Positions 1-10,253 are shown, counted from the first letter of the stretch. The stretch is DNA of 39,208 bases from Oscillospiraceae bacterium (GCA_017443965.1 JAFSXP010000079.1:1-39208), one strand, 5' to 3'. Notes: generated by a model from the sequence alone, not told the origin. A program made the numbers and translations.

Positions 1-149
1 GCCAAAAACTCCTTGCACTTGCCGCAGGCGGTGCCAGCGCCGGTTATGCGGGCGACATCGTCCACGGTCCTTGCGCCGTTTGCCACGGCTTCACGGACCT
101 TTGCGTAGGTGACGTTATGACACGTACACGCGAGCTTGTTCTCGTTCAC
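1..149 (-). CDS. BFD-like [2Fe-2S]-binding domain protein (partial; 3' end beyond window start)
   Basis: Manual minus-strand translation gives (GTG)NENKLACTCHNVTYAKVREAVANGARTVDDVARITGAGTACGKCKEFL. It carries the C-x-C ... C-x2-C cysteine pattern and the ITGAGT.CG.C signature of BFD-type ferredoxin domains. The GTG start overlaps the engB stop (GTGA). It is absent from the ORF track because it is truncated and short. Confidence 0.55.
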   Translation of the reverse strand, partial: MNENKLACTCHNVTYAKVREAVANGARTVDDVARITGAGTACGKCKEFL

Positions 150-739
150 GCCGTCACCCCCGCAGCGCGGAGGATGATCGACAGCAGCTCTTCCCTGCCC
201 GTCCCCTTTTCCGCGGAGAACGGGATCACCGTGACCTCCTCCGGCAGCTTCAGCGTTTCGCGGATGCGCGCCATATTCGGCGCGATCTCGCTCTGCTTCA
301 GCTTGTCCAGCTTGTTTGCCACAACGCAGAACGGCTTGCGCGTCTGCAAAAACCAATCCGCCATCGTGACGTCGTCTTGCGTCGGCTTGTGCCGCGCATC
401 CACGATCAGCACGCCGAACGTCATCAGCGCGGGATCGGACAAGTATGCGTCGATCAGCTTTCCCCACCGCGCGCGCTCCGCCGCGGAGACCTTGGCGTAG
501 CCGTAGCCGGGGATATCGACGAAATAAAGCGTCTGGTCGATCTTGAAGAAGTTCAGCTGCACCGTCTTACCCGGCTGCGCGCCGACGCGCGCCATGTTTC
601 TGCGCTGCAGCAGCCGGTTGATGACCGACGATTTGCCGACGTTGCTGCGTCCTGCAAACACGATCTGCGGCAGCCCGTCGTGCGGGCAGGCGACGACCGA
701 CGCCGCCGACAGCACGAATTCCGTCTTTTGCAGATTCAT
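146..739 (-). CDS. engB: Ribosome-biogenesis GTPase EngB/YsxC
   Basis: 197 aa. G1 motif GRSNVGKSSVINRLL, then DIPGYGYA and NKLDK motifs. Sits downstream of lon, as in Bacillus and Clostridia. Confidence 0.9.
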   Translation of the reverse strand: MNLQKTEFVLSAASVVACPHDGLPQIVFAGRSNVGKSSVINRLLQRRNMARVGAQPGKTVQLNFFKIDQTLYFVDIPGYGYAKVSAAERARWGKLIDAYLSDPALMTFGVLIVDARHKPTQDDVTMADWFLQTRKPFCVVANKLDKLKQSEIAPNMARIRETLKLPEEVTVIPFSAEKGTGREELLSIILRAAGVTA

Positions 740-747
740 ACCGTCAC

Positions 748-3165
748 CTACTGGCGGATGCCCGCCTTGCGCTTGCCGCGCGGGGCGGGGATCGCGTCGC
801 TTTGCGTCAGGTCAAGCGCCTTCGGCAGCTGCGGCACGTCGGTGAAGTCCAGCGCCGCCTCGATCACGCTGTCCGCGTGGCTGACCGTGATGAAGTTCAG
901 CGCCTTGCGGACGTTCTGGTCGATCTCCTCCAGATCCTTGGCATTGTCCTGCGGGATGACGACCATCTTGATCCCGTGCCGCAGCGCCGCCATCGTCTTT
1001 TCTTTCAGACCGCCGATGGGCAGCACTCTGCCGCGGATCGAGATCTCGCCCGTCATGGCGATATCGCGCCGCACGGTCGCGCCCGTCAGCGCGGAGACCA
1101 TCGCCGTGCAGATCGTGATGCCTGCGGACGGGCCGTCCTTCGGGATCGCGCCCTCCGGGAAGTGGACGTGGATGTCCTTCTTCTTGTAAAACTCGGGATC
1201 AATGCCGTACTGCGCCGTCCGCGAGCGGATGTAGCTGAGCGCGCAGCCCGCGCTCTCCTTCATCACGTCGCCGAGGTTGCCTGTCAGCTCCAGCTTACCG
1301 GTGCCGTCGACCACGTTGACCTCGACCTCCAGCGTCTCGCCGCCGACCGACGTCCACGCAAGTCCCGTCACAAGTCCCACGGGATCGCGCTCGGGCATCT
1401 TGTCCGGCAGATACTTGCGGATGCCGAGATACGTTTCCAGATTGCTGCCGGTGACGGTGACCTTCCCGGGCGCGTCGGGCGCAACAAGCTCCACCGCCGT
1501 CTTGCGGCAAACCCTCGCGAGCTCGCGCTCCAGATTCCGCACACCGGATTCGCGCGTGTAGCAGGTGATGATCTCGCGGATGGCGCCGTCCGTCAGACGC
1601 AGGCGTCCGCGCGTGATGCCGTGCTTTTTCATCTGCTTCGGCAGCAGATGTCCCTTGGCGATGCGCAGCTTTTCCTCGTCCGTGTACGAGCCGAGCTCGA
1701 TGACCTCCATACGGTCGAGCAGCGCGCGCGGGATCGTCTCGGTCGTGTTGGCGGTGGTGATGAACATGCAGTCGCTGAGGTCGAACGGCACTTCCAGATA
1801 ATGATCGCGGAAGGCGGTATTCTGCTCGCTGTCCAGCACCTCCAGCAGCGCCGCCGAGGGATCGCCGCGGTAGTCGCTGCCCATCTTGTCGATCTCATCG
1901 AGAAGCAGCAGCGGATTGCGCGTCTTTGCCTGCAGCACGCCGCTGATGATCCGCCCGGGCATCGCGCCGATGTACGTCTTGCGATGTCCGCGGATGTCCG
2001 CTTCGTCGTGCACGCCGCCGAGGGAGATGCGCGCGAGATTGCGGTTGAGGCAGCGCGCGATGGAGATGGCGACCGACGTCTTGCCGACGCCCGGAGGTCC
2101 GACAAGGCAGAGGATCGGTCCCGGCATATCGGGCGCAAGCTTCTTGACCGCCAGCATCTCCATGATGCGCGTTTTGACCTGCTCCAGCCCGTAGTGATCC
2201 TCGTCGAGGATGCGCCGCGCGGCGCGCAGGTCGAGCCGCTCTTTCGTCGTCTCGTTCCACGGAAGATCAAGGCAGGTGTCCAGATAGTTGCGCAGCAGCG
2301 ACGCCTCGGAGGAACCGGCAGGCTGCTTCGCCATGCGGGAAACCTCTTTGAGCAGCTTCTCCTCCGTCTCCTGCGGAAGACCGAGCGCGGCGATCCGCAG
2401 GCGATACTGCTCCGGCTCGTCCTCTTCGTCCTCGTCGCCGAGCTGCTCGTGGATCACGTGCAACTGCTCACGCAGGTAGTAGTCGCGCTGACCGCGATTG
2501 ACGTTCTCCTGTACCTTCTCCTGCAATTCTGATTGCAGCTGCAGTACGTCCAGCTCCTTCGCCAGCATGTGGATGACCATTTCCAGCCGCTTGACCGGGT
2601 GGAGCTGTTCCAGCGCCTTTTGCTTTTCCATATAATGGAAAGAAGCGTGCTGCGCGATGAAGTCCGAAACATAGGCGGGATCGGTCGAGCCGAGCGCCTG
2701 CGACAGCATTTCCTGCAGTCCGTGCGGCGCAAGGTCGATGAAATCGGAAAACAGCTCAAGCGCCTCGCGCACCAGCGCCTCCACCTTCGGCAGAGACGGG
2801 TTATACGAACGCTCCGCGACCTCGTCCACAAGCGCACGGAGATACGGCGCGGTCTGCGCCGCGGAGGCGACGACCGCGCGGTAATTGCCCTCGACCAGCA
2901 CGCGCACGACGTCGCCGGGCAGCTTCAGGACCTGCTTGATCGTGGCGACCGTGCCCATGGCGCACAGACCGGAAAAGCCGGGATCGTTCTTCTGCACGTC
3001 GCGCTGCGCGATCAGCAAAATCTGCTGGTCGCCGTGCATCGCCTCGTCGATCGCCTTGACCGACTTCGGGCGCTCCACGTCGAAGTGCGTCGTCATCATC
3101 GGGAAGACGCACATACCGCGCAGCGCCAGCACGGGCAGTGTGCGCGAGATCAGTGTTTCATTCAT
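748..3165 (-). CDS. lon: ATP-dependent Lon protease (LonA type)
   Basis: 805 aa. N-terminal LON substrate-binding domain, Walker A GPPGVGKTS, and a C-terminal protease domain with PKDGPSAGIT (catalytic Ser). RBS aaggagga lies upstream of the ATG. Confidence 0.95.
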   Translation of the reverse strand: MNETLISRTLPVLALRGMCVFPMMTTHFDVERPKSVKAIDEAMHGDQQILLIAQRDVQKNDPGFSGLCAMGTVATIKQVLKLPGDVVRVLVEGNYRAVVASAAQTAPYLRALVDEVAERSYNPSLPKVEALVREALELFSDFIDLAPHGLQEMLSQALGSTDPAYVSDFIAQHASFHYMEKQKALEQLHPVKRLEMVIHMLAKELDVLQLQSELQEKVQENVNRGQRDYYLREQLHVIHEQLGDEDEEDEPEQYRLRIAALGLPQETEEKLLKEVSRMAKQPAGSSEASLLRNYLDTCLDLPWNETTKERLDLRAARRILDEDHYGLEQVKTRIMEMLAVKKLAPDMPGPILCLVGPPGVGKTSVAISIARCLNRNLARISLGGVHDEADIRGHRKTYIGAMPGRIISGVLQAKTRNPLLLLDEIDKMGSDYRGDPSAALLEVLDSEQNTAFRDHYLEVPFDLSDCMFITTANTTETIPRALLDRMEVIELGSYTDEEKLRIAKGHLLPKQMKKHGITRGRLRLTDGAIREIITCYTRESGVRNLERELARVCRKTAVELVAPDAPGKVTVTGSNLETYLGIRKYLPDKMPERDPVGLVTGLAWTSVGGETLEVEVNVVDGTGKLELTGNLGDVMKESAGCALSYIRSRTAQYGIDPEFYKKKDIHVHFPEGAIPKDGPSAGITICTAMVSALTGATVRRDIAMTGEISIRGRVLPIGGLKEKTMAALRHGIKMVVIPQDNAKDLEEIDQNVRKALNFITVSHADSVIEAALDFTDVPQLPKALDLTQSDAIPAPRGKRKAGIRQ

Positions 3166-3190
3166 GTTTATTCCTCCTTTCGAGGATCAG

Positions 3191-3213
3191 AAAAGGGGGC
3201 GTCGCCCCCTTTT
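3191..3213 (-). terminator. GC-rich hairpin with flanking A/T runs immediately after clpX stop
   Basis: aaaagggggc-gtc-gcccccttttt palindrome. On the minus strand the stem is followed by ttttctg. The symmetric A/T flanks could make it bidirectional. Confidence 0.6.
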
Positions 3214-3217
3214 GATG

Positions 3218-4480
<1,263 letters not shown>

Positions 4481-4493
4481 AAGTTCTCCTCAC

Positions 4494-5075
4494 TTAACGC
4501 TTTTCGATCACCTTGTCGATCAGACCGTATTCCTTCGCCTCTTCGCTGGACAGCCAGTGATCGCGCTCGGAATCCGTCTTGATCTGCTCTGGCGTCTTGC
4601 CGGTGTTTGCCGCAAGGATGTGGTTCAGGCGTTCCTTGATCTTCAGAAAATGCTCCACGTCGATCTCCATGTCCGTCACCTTGCCCTGCGTGCCGGCGGA
4701 CGGCTGATGGATCATGACCTCGGCGTTCGGCAGCGCCATGCGCTTGCCCTTTGCGCCGGAGGACAGCAGAAACGCGCCCATCGACGCCGCCATGCCGATA
4801 CAGATGGTGGCAACGTCGCACTTGATATACTGCATGGTGTCATAGATCGCCATGCCAGCCGTCACGCTGCCGCCGGGGCTGTTGATGTAGAACTGGATGT
4901 CCTTGTCGGGGTCCTGCGCCTCCAGGTACAGAAGCTGCGCCACGATCAGACTTGCCGTGGTGTCGGTGACCTCCTCGGACAGGATGACGATTCGATCGTT
5001 GAGCAGACGGGAAAAAATATCATACGACCGCTCGCCGCGGCTGGTCTGCTCGACAACATACGGGACCAAACTCAT
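4494..5075 (-). CDS. clpP: ATP-dependent Clp protease proteolytic subunit ClpP
   Basis: 193 aa. Begins [25 protein letters not shown], with [11 protein letters not shown] (active-site Ser) and MIHQP (His). RBS aaggagg. Confidence 0.95.
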   Translation of the reverse strand: MSLVPYVVEQTSRGERSYDIFSRLLNDRIVILSEEVTDTTASLIVAQLLYLEAQDPDKDIQFYINSPGGSVTAGMAIYDTMQYIKCDVATICIGMAASMGAFLLSSGAKGKRMALPNAEVMIHQPSAGTQGKVTDMEIDVEHFLKIKERLNHILAANTGKTPEQIKTDSERDHWLSSEEAKEYGLIDKVIEKR

Positions 5076-5103
5076 ATGTTTGCCTCCTTACTTCACGTAG
5101 TCC

Positions 5104-5136
5104 AAAAGATAGCATGATGCGCTCATGCTATCTTTT
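5104..5136 (-). terminator. Rho-independent terminator after tig
   Basis: 13-bp stem aaaagatagcatg/catgctatctttt followed by ttttgg on the minus strand. A second small hairpin (aaccgtt...aacggtt) lies at about 5151-5171. Confidence 0.55.
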
Positions 5137-5169
5137 GTGACAAAACAGTGTAACCGTTCGATAAACGGT

Positions 5170-6687
5170 TTATTCCTCATTCTTCTTGGCTGCCGGTTTC
5201 TTCGCCGCAGGCTTCTTGGCGGCAGGCTTTTTCGCGGCGGGCTTCTTCTCCGCAGCGGGCTTTTCCTCCGTCTTCTTCGCAGCCGGCTTCTTTGCCGCAG
5301 GCTTCTTTTCCGCGGCGGGCTTCGCCTCGGACTTCTTGGCAGCAGGCTTCTTCGCGGCAGCGGGCTTTTCCTCCGGCTTCTTGGCGGCGGGCTTCTTCTC
5401 CGCCGTCTTCTTCGGCGCAACTGCCTTGGCGCTGTCCGCGATGATCTTGACCGCTTTTCTCGCCTCCAGATCGCTGCGGACGGCAGCCTCGTCGATCGCC
5501 GCCTTCACGCGGTCGACCTCCATGCCGTACTGTTCGGCAAGCTTACCGTACTCTTCCTCGATCTCCTCAGCCGTGATCTCGATCTTCTCGATCGTGACGA
5601 TCTCGCTTAAAAGGATGTTGGACTTGACGGTCTTTTCCGCCATCGGACGCATGTTGGCGCGCAGTGCCTCCATATTGCCGCCGGTCATTTTCATGTAGTC
5701 CTCGAACTTCATGCCGTTCATCTGGAGCTGATAAGCAAACTGCTCCATATGACGGTCGACCTGTTCGTCGATCATGCAGGCGGGGATGTCGCACTTCATC
5801 TGCTCGGCAGCCGCCTCGACGGCGTCGTTTTCGAACTGCGTCTGCGCCTGCTGCTCGCGCTCTTTCTTGAAGCGCGCCTTGATGTCCTTGCGCAGCTCCG
5901 CCATGGTGTCGAACTCGGAAACGTCCTTGACGAATTCATCGTCCTTCTCGGGCACGATGGTCTCCTTGACCTCGTGGATCCTGCACTTGAACGTTGCGTC
6001 CTTGCCGGCAAGCTTCTTGTCGTACTGCTCGGGGAACGTCACGTTGACGTCGCGGTCCTCGCCCGCCTTTGCGCCGACGAGCGCCTCTTCAAAGCCGGGG
6101 ATAAACTGCCCCGAGCCGAGCTTGAGCGTATAGTTCTCCGCCTTGCCGCCCTCAAACGGCTTGCCGTCCACAAAGCCCTCGAAATCGAACACGACGCTGT
6201 CGCCCATCTGCGCCTCGCGCTCAACGGTGACGATCCGCGACGCGTTCTGCGCCATGCGGTCGACCTCCGCATCGATCTCCGCCTCGGTGACCGTGACGGG
6301 CGTCTTCGGCACTTCCAGACCCTTGTACTCGCCCAGCTTCACCGTGGGATACAGCGCAGTCACGACAGTCAGCACCAGCGTGCCGTCCTCCGCAACGTCC
6401 ATATCGCTGAGCGACGGGCTGCCGACGACTTTGAGCTTCTTCGACTTTACGGCGTCGCCGTAGAGCTCCGGGAAGATCTCATTGACGGCGTCTTCATAAA
6501 ACACGGATTTGCCGTACATACCCTCGATGACCTGCCGCGGGGCGTGACCCTTTCGGAAGCCGGGGACGAAAATGTTCTTTTTCGCCTTCTTGAACGCCGT
6601 GTTGATCGCATTGTCAAACTGTTCCTTGGTCGCCTCGATCACGATCGTGGCATTACCTTTTTCTTTCTTTACACTCTTGACACTCAT
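5170..6687 (-). CDS. tig: Trigger factor (ribosome-associated PPIase chaperone) with Lys/Ala/Pro-rich C-terminal tail
   Basis: 505 aa. N-terminal ribosome-binding motif GFRKGHAP, a central FKBP-type PPIase segment (DFEGFVDGKPFEGG), and a C-terminal chaperone arm. About 84 extra residues of AAKKP-type repeats follow. RBS aaggagga. Confidence 0.93.
   Translation of the reverse strand: MSVKSVKKEKGNATIVIEATKEQFDNAINTAFKKAKKNIFVPGFRKGHAPRQVIEGMYGKSVFYEDAVNEIFPELYGDAVKSKKLKVVGSPSLSDMDVAEDGTLVLTVVTALYPTVKLGEYKGLEVPKTPVTVTEAEIDAEVDRMAQNASRIVTVEREAQMGDSVVFDFEGFVDGKPFEGGKAENYTLKLGSGQFIPGFEEALVGAKAGEDRDVNVTFPEQYDKKLAGKDATFKCRIHEVKETIVPEKDDEFVKDVSEFDTMAELRKDIKARFKKEREQQAQTQFENDAVEAAAEQMKCDIPACMIDEQVDRHMEQFAYQLQMNGMKFEDYMKMTGGNMEALRANMRPMAEKTVKSNILLSEIVTIEKIEITAEEIEEEYGKLAEQYGMEVDRVKAAIDEAAVRSDLEARKAVKIIADSAKAVAPKKTAEKKPAAKKPEEKPAAAKKPAAKKSEAKPAAEKKPAAKKPAAKKTEEKPAAEKKPAAKKPAAKKPAAKKPAAKKNEE
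5173..5425 (-). repeat. Low-complexity tandem repeat encoding (P)AAKK(P/S/T)E units at the 3' end of tig
   Basis: Visible iteration of a roughly 15-nt unit (gccgcaggcttcttg, ggcggcaggcttttt and so on). The protein tail is KKPAAKKPEEKPAAAKKPAAKKSEAKPAAEKKPAAKKPAAKKTEEKPAAEKKPAAKKPAAKKPAAKKPAAKKNEE. Confidence 0.9.
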
Positions 6688-6733
6688 TGGTTTTCCTCCT
6701 TGCGGCGAACGCTCCGCCGTATTTTGCCGTATT

Positions 6734-6762
6734 ATTTTAGCAGAAAACGATCGGGATTTCTA
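6734..6762 (-). promoter_or_regulatory. Candidate sigma-A promoter of tig (TAGAAA-17 nt-TAAAAT)
   Basis: Minus-strand hexamers with a 17-nt spacer in the AT-rich gap upstream of tig. Motif match only. Confidence 0.3.
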
Positions 6763-6794
6763 CTGTTTTTTTCAAAAAGTTTCGATTATTTCGT

Positions 6795-7481
6795 TCAGAG
6801 CACACGATACGGTCGGAAATGCAGATAATCGGCGGACAAAAGCCGCAATTCAAGACCTCCAGAAGCGCCCTCGACCGCCAGCTTATGGCTGTCGCCGTGC
6901 AGATGACCGTAAAAACATCGCTTCACGCCGTACTGCGAAAGAAGTTGCAGGATCTCCGGGCATTCATAGCCGCGGTATTTGGGCGGATAGTGGAGAAAGC
7001 AAAGCTTTTCACGATCCCCCGCAGCCTTCAGCGACGTCTCCAGACGTCCGAGCTCGCGGCGGAAGACCTTCTCGTCGTGCGTGCCCTGCTTGTCCTCCTC
7101 GTAGAACCAGCCGCGCGTGCCGCAGACGGCAACGTCGCCGTAAAGGTGGCAGTTGTTGTGCAGCAGGAACATATTCTCCCAGCCGTTTTCCGCACAGGCG
7201 GCATAGAACTTCGCCGCCGTCGTCCACCAGTAGTCGTGATTGCCCTTGAGCAGCAGCTTCCTGCCGGGGATCTGCGCCACAAACGAGAGATCCTGAATCG
7301 CGTCGTCCATATCGGACGCCCAGCTGATATCCCCCATCAGCACCGTGGTATCGTCCGGCGTGATAACGGAAAGGCTCTCGCGCAGCTTGTCCACGTAGCC
7401 CTCCCATCTGCCGCCGAACACCTCCATGGATTTATCGGTGCCGAGCGACAGATGAAGATCGCCGATTGCGTAAAGCGCCAT
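6795..7481 (-). CDS. Calcineurin-like metallophosphoesterase
   Basis: Starts MALYAIGDLHLS and contains GDISW and GNHDYWW metal-binding motifs. I moved the start to the ATG at 7481, one nt after the upstream stop. The track's 14-aa N-terminal extension overlaps the upstream gene. Confidence 0.8.
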   Translation of the reverse strand: MALYAIGDLHLSLGTDKSMEVFGGRWEGYVDKLRESLSVITPDDTTVLMGDISWASDMDDAIQDLSFVAQIPGRKLLLKGNHDYWWTTAAKFYAACAENGWENMFLLHNNCHLYGDVAVCGTRGWFYEEDKQGTHDEKVFRRELGRLETSLKAAGDREKLCFLHYPPKYRGYECPEILQLLSQYGVKRCFYGHLHGDSHKLAVEGASGGLELRLLSADYLHFRPYRVL

Positions 7482-7482
7482 C

Positions 7483-8433
7483 TTATCTCTCCAAGCTCTG
7501 TGCGCCGGACTCCTCCAGCACACGCAATATCGCGCCGGACGTCAGCCGGTCGATCGTATCGTCGGCGATCCCGCGCTCGCGCAGATGCGGCGGCAGCAGC
7601 GCCCAGCCGTCCACGCCCTCCATGCCCTCCGGCAGTCCTTCGATCCCGTCCCAATCGCCGCCGAGGCAGATATGTCCGTCTCCGCCCAGCTCGAGCCAGC
7701 GATCGATGTGCCGCCGGATATCGTCGACCGTCACCGGGCTTTTCCAGCTCAGGAATTCCGGACACAGATTCAGTCCCGCGCAGCCGCCCAGCTCCACAAG
7801 GCAGCGGAACTGATCGTCCGCCAGATTGCGGCTGACCTGCGTGCAATAGCGGCTGTTGGAGTGGCTGGCGACGATCGGCTTTTCCGCGATCTCGCAGACG
7901 TCGTAAAACAGACGGTCCGAGCCGTGGCTGACGTCGATCAGGATGCCGAGCTTCTGCGCGCGGCGGACGAACTCGCGCCCCTGCGCGGTCAACCCCGTGC
8001 CCGTTATGTGCGATCCGCCCAGCGCGTTTTCATGATTCCACGTCAGCGAGATCATGCGCACGCCGTCTCGCGCCGCCTCCTCCAGCCTGCCGGGATCGCA
8101 GCCGATCGCCTCCGCGCCCTCCAGCGAGAGCAGCGCGGCGCATTTGCCGCTTTTCCACGCGGCTTCCACTTCTTCGCGGCTGCCGCACGCTGCGAGCCAA
8201 TCCCTGTTTTCCTCCAGCTCTTTCCGGTACAGCGTCAGGCAGTCGGCGTAAAGCTGCTCCGAATCGGGGCGTTTTTTCCAGCACGTCGTGCAGATCGAAA
8301 AAAACTGCGCGTAACGCCCGAGCTTCTGCGCCCGTGCGCGGTCAATGTGAAACGCGCAATCGCGCAGACGCCGATCCTTGAGTAGCAGCATCGGCAGCGT
8401 GTCGCAGTGCAGATCGATATAGCCGTAATTCAT
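7483..8433 (-). CDS. Membrane dipeptidase (peptidase family M19, renal-dipeptidase-like)
   Basis: Starts MNYGYIDLHCDT (the HxD metal motif), with later ISLTWN, VSHGSD and ASHSNS motifs. The ATG at 8433 forms an ATGA overlap with the yraN stop. The track start at 8451 is a TTG. Confidence 0.8.
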   Translation of the reverse strand: MNYGYIDLHCDTLPMLLLKDRRLRDCAFHIDRARAQKLGRYAQFFSICTTCWKKRPDSEQLYADCLTLYRKELEENRDWLAACGSREEVEAAWKSGKCAALLSLEGAEAIGCDPGRLEEAARDGVRMISLTWNHENALGGSHITGTGLTAQGREFVRRAQKLGILIDVSHGSDRLFYDVCEIAEKPIVASHSNSRYCTQVSRNLADDQFRCLVELGGCAGLNLCPEFLSWKSPVTVDDIRRHIDRWLELGGDGHICLGGDWDGIEGLPEGMEGVDGWALLPPHLRERGIADDTIDRLTSGAILRVLEESGAQSLER

Positions 8434-8795
8434 GTAAACGCATCCTTCCAATGGGTGATCTTCGGTTTTTTTGTCGCCATGCCGTACGGCGCGTAGATCT
8501 CGATAACGTCAAAGCGCGGCTGCAGCTCGGTCGGGTGCTCCGCCAGATACAGCGCGGCGGTCTGCCGCAGCTTCCGCTGCTTTACCGGCGTGACGAATTC
8601 CCGCGCCGCGCCGTGGCTTTCGTCCTTGCGGAGCTTGACCTCTACGAACGCGATACAGCCGCCGTCGCGGGCGATCACATCGATCTCGCCGAGGCGCGTC
8701 GTGAAATTGCAGCCGATGATCTCACAGCGGTGACAGCGGAGATACTCCGCCGCAAGCGCCTCGCCCCAGGCGCCGAGCAGCTTACCCTTCGCCAT
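8430..8795 (-). CDS. YraN-family (UPF0102) endonuclease-like protein
   Basis: GAWGEALAAEYL...GEIDVIARDGGCIAFVEVKLRK is the restriction-endonuclease-like core of UPF0102. Start chosen at MAKGKLLG. It follows rnhB, the conserved gene order. Confidence 0.8.
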   Translation of the reverse strand: MAKGKLLGAWGEALAAEYLRCHRCEIIGCNFTTRLGEIDVIARDGGCIAFVEVKLRKDESHGAAREFVTPVKQRKLRQTAALYLAEHPTELQPRFDVIEIYAPYGMATKKPKITHWKDAFT

Positions 8796-9390
8796 AGAAC
8801 GTGCGCAGGAACGTCCTGCGATGGATCGGGCACGCGCCGTATTCGCGCAGCGCCTCATAGTGCCGCTTCGTGCCGTAGCCCTTGTGGATTTCGAAGCCGT
8901 ACTGCGGGTACTGCATCGCCAGCTTTTCCATCAGCTCGTCACGCGAGACCTTGGCAAGGATCGACGCCGCTGCGATATTCGCGCTTCGGCTGTCGCCTTT
9001 GACCACTGTCTGAACAGGCAGACTGAAATCCTTTGCGCGGTTGCCGTCGATCAGCGCAAGCTCCGGACGCACCGAAAGACCCGCAAGCGCGCGCTCCATG
9101 GCAAGGAACGGCGCCTGCAGGGTGTTCTTTTCATCGATCTCCTCCACGCTTGCCCAGCCGATGCCGTAGGCGAGCGCCTTTTCACAGATCACGGGAAACA
9201 GCTCCCTGCGCTTCGCGTCGGAGAGCTTTTTGGAGTCGTTCAGACCGTCGATGATCGTTTCCGGCGGCAGGATCACCGCCGCGGCACACACCGGTCCCGC
9301 AAGCGGTCCTCTGCCCGCCTCGTCCACGCCGCAGATCGTGCCGATCCCGTCGGCAAAGTATCCGCGTTCGATCTCCCACAGGTCCGTCAT
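8782..9390 (-). CDS. rnhB: Ribonuclease HII
   Basis: GVDEAGRGPLAGPV catalytic motif, then DSKKL and SIVAKV-like ASILAKV. The ATG at 9390 gives an ATGA overlap with the rbgA stop. An alternative ATG at 9423 would overlap rbgA by 37 nt. Confidence 0.9.
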   Translation of the reverse strand: MTDLWEIERGYFADGIGTICGVDEAGRGPLAGPVCAAAVILPPETIIDGLNDSKKLSDAKRRELFPVICEKALAYGIGWASVEEIDEKNTLQAPFLAMERALAGLSVRPELALIDGNRAKDFSLPVQTVVKGDSRSANIAAASILAKVSRDELMEKLAMQYPQYGFEIHKGYGTKRHYEALREYGACPIHRRTFLRTFYGEG

Positions 9391-10253
9391 ACCAAATCCT
9401 CCGGCATTTCCAGTGTAAAGCATCCGATCTTTCCGCTGCGGTATTCCTCCAGCAGCACGCGCGCGGCACGCTCCGTGTCGATCTCGCCGCCGCTGACGAG
9501 AAATCCGCGCCTTTTCCCGAGTGCGCAGAGCAGATCATACCCATCGGCTTCCGTCGGCATATCGAGCTTATAGCGGGCGCGTACGGCGTCGGGATAGTGA
9601 CGCCACAACATCTCGATCAGATCGCAGGCAAGTCCTTCGACGTCCAGAACGTCGTCCTTGACCGCGCCGGTGTAGGCAAGGCGCAGCCCGACCTTCGGAT
9701 CGTCGAACTTCGGCCACAGGATGCCCGGCGTGTCGAGCAGCAGCATGCCGCTCTCCAGCGTGATCCACTGCTTGCCGCGCGTGACGCCTGGGCGGTTTTC
9801 CACCTTGGCGCCCTTTTTTCCCGCGACATGATTGATGAATGTGGATTTTCCGACGTTGGGGATGCCGACGATCATCAGCTTCAGCGGTCTGCCGCCCATG
9901 CCCTTCGCCTCGTAGGCGGCGAGCTTTTCCTTCAGCAGCGACCGCACCGCGGGCGCAAAGTCCGCAATCCCGCGGCGAGTTTTGCAGTCGGTCGCGATGA
10001 CTGCCATCCCGCGCTCGCGGAAATACGCCGCCCAGCGTTTGACAGCGGCGGGATCCGCCATGTCGATGCGGTTGAGCACGATCAGACGCGGCTTCGCGCC
10101 GCAGATGGCGTCCACGTCGGGATTGCAACTCGATATGGGGATCCTCGCGTCGAGGATCTCACACACCGCGTCCACAAGTCTGACGTCTTCCTCCATCATA
10201 CGGCGCGTTTTTGTCATGTGACCGGGATACCACTGGATGTTCAGATCGCTCAT
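9387..10253 (-). CDS. rbgA: Ribosome biogenesis GTPase A (YlqF/RbgA), circularly permuted GTPase
   Basis: 288 aa. Begins IQWYPGHMTK. The motif order is permuted: NRID (G4) comes before GIPNVGKST (G1) and DTPG (G3). Confidence 0.9.
   Translation of the reverse strand: MSDLNIQWYPGHMTKTRRMMEEDVRLVDAVCEILDARIPISSCNPDVDAICGAKPRLIVLNRIDMADPAAVKRWAAYFRERGMAVIATDCKTRRGIADFAPAVRSLLKEKLAAYEAKGMGGRPLKLMIVGIPNVGKSTFINHVAGKKGAKVENRPGVTRGKQWITLESGMLLLDTPGILWPKFDDPKVGLRLAYTGAVKDDVLDVEGLACDLIEMLWRHYPDAVRARYKLDMPTEADGYDLLCALGKRRGFLVSGGEIDTERAARVLLEEYRSGKIGCFTLEMPEDLV

Noticed and set aside
802-2532. Long ORFs antisense to housekeeping genes: 802..2532 opposite lon, 2885..4321 opposite clpX, 5749..6828 opposite tig, 11621..13840 opposite GH38, 18345..20894 opposite the ABC genes, 20919..22142, 22184..23347 and 23302..24576.
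   Set aside because: This is the same high-GC artefact. The opposite strand encodes unmistakable conserved proteins. The antisense products are Arg/Ala/Asp-rich with no recognisable domains, RBS or promoters.
5076-5169. Search for CtsR (GGTCAAA direct repeat) or CIRCE operators upstream of clpP, clpX and lon.
   Set aside because: I found no convincing match. The gap contains only terminator-type hairpins and the clpP RBS.
5173-5425. Short tandem repeats here and at 22013..22104 as possible CRISPR or minisatellite elements.
   Set aside because: The units are about 15-21 nt, contiguous without spacers, and in frame within CDSs, where they encode low-complexity linkers. No cas genes are present.
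5088-5698. A poly-Arg ORF (5088..5420, minus) and an AAGFF-repeat ORF (5186..5698, plus) over the tig 3' end.
   Set aside because: These are alternative-frame readings of the AAKKP repeat DNA. The in-frame continuation of a complete trigger factor explains the region.
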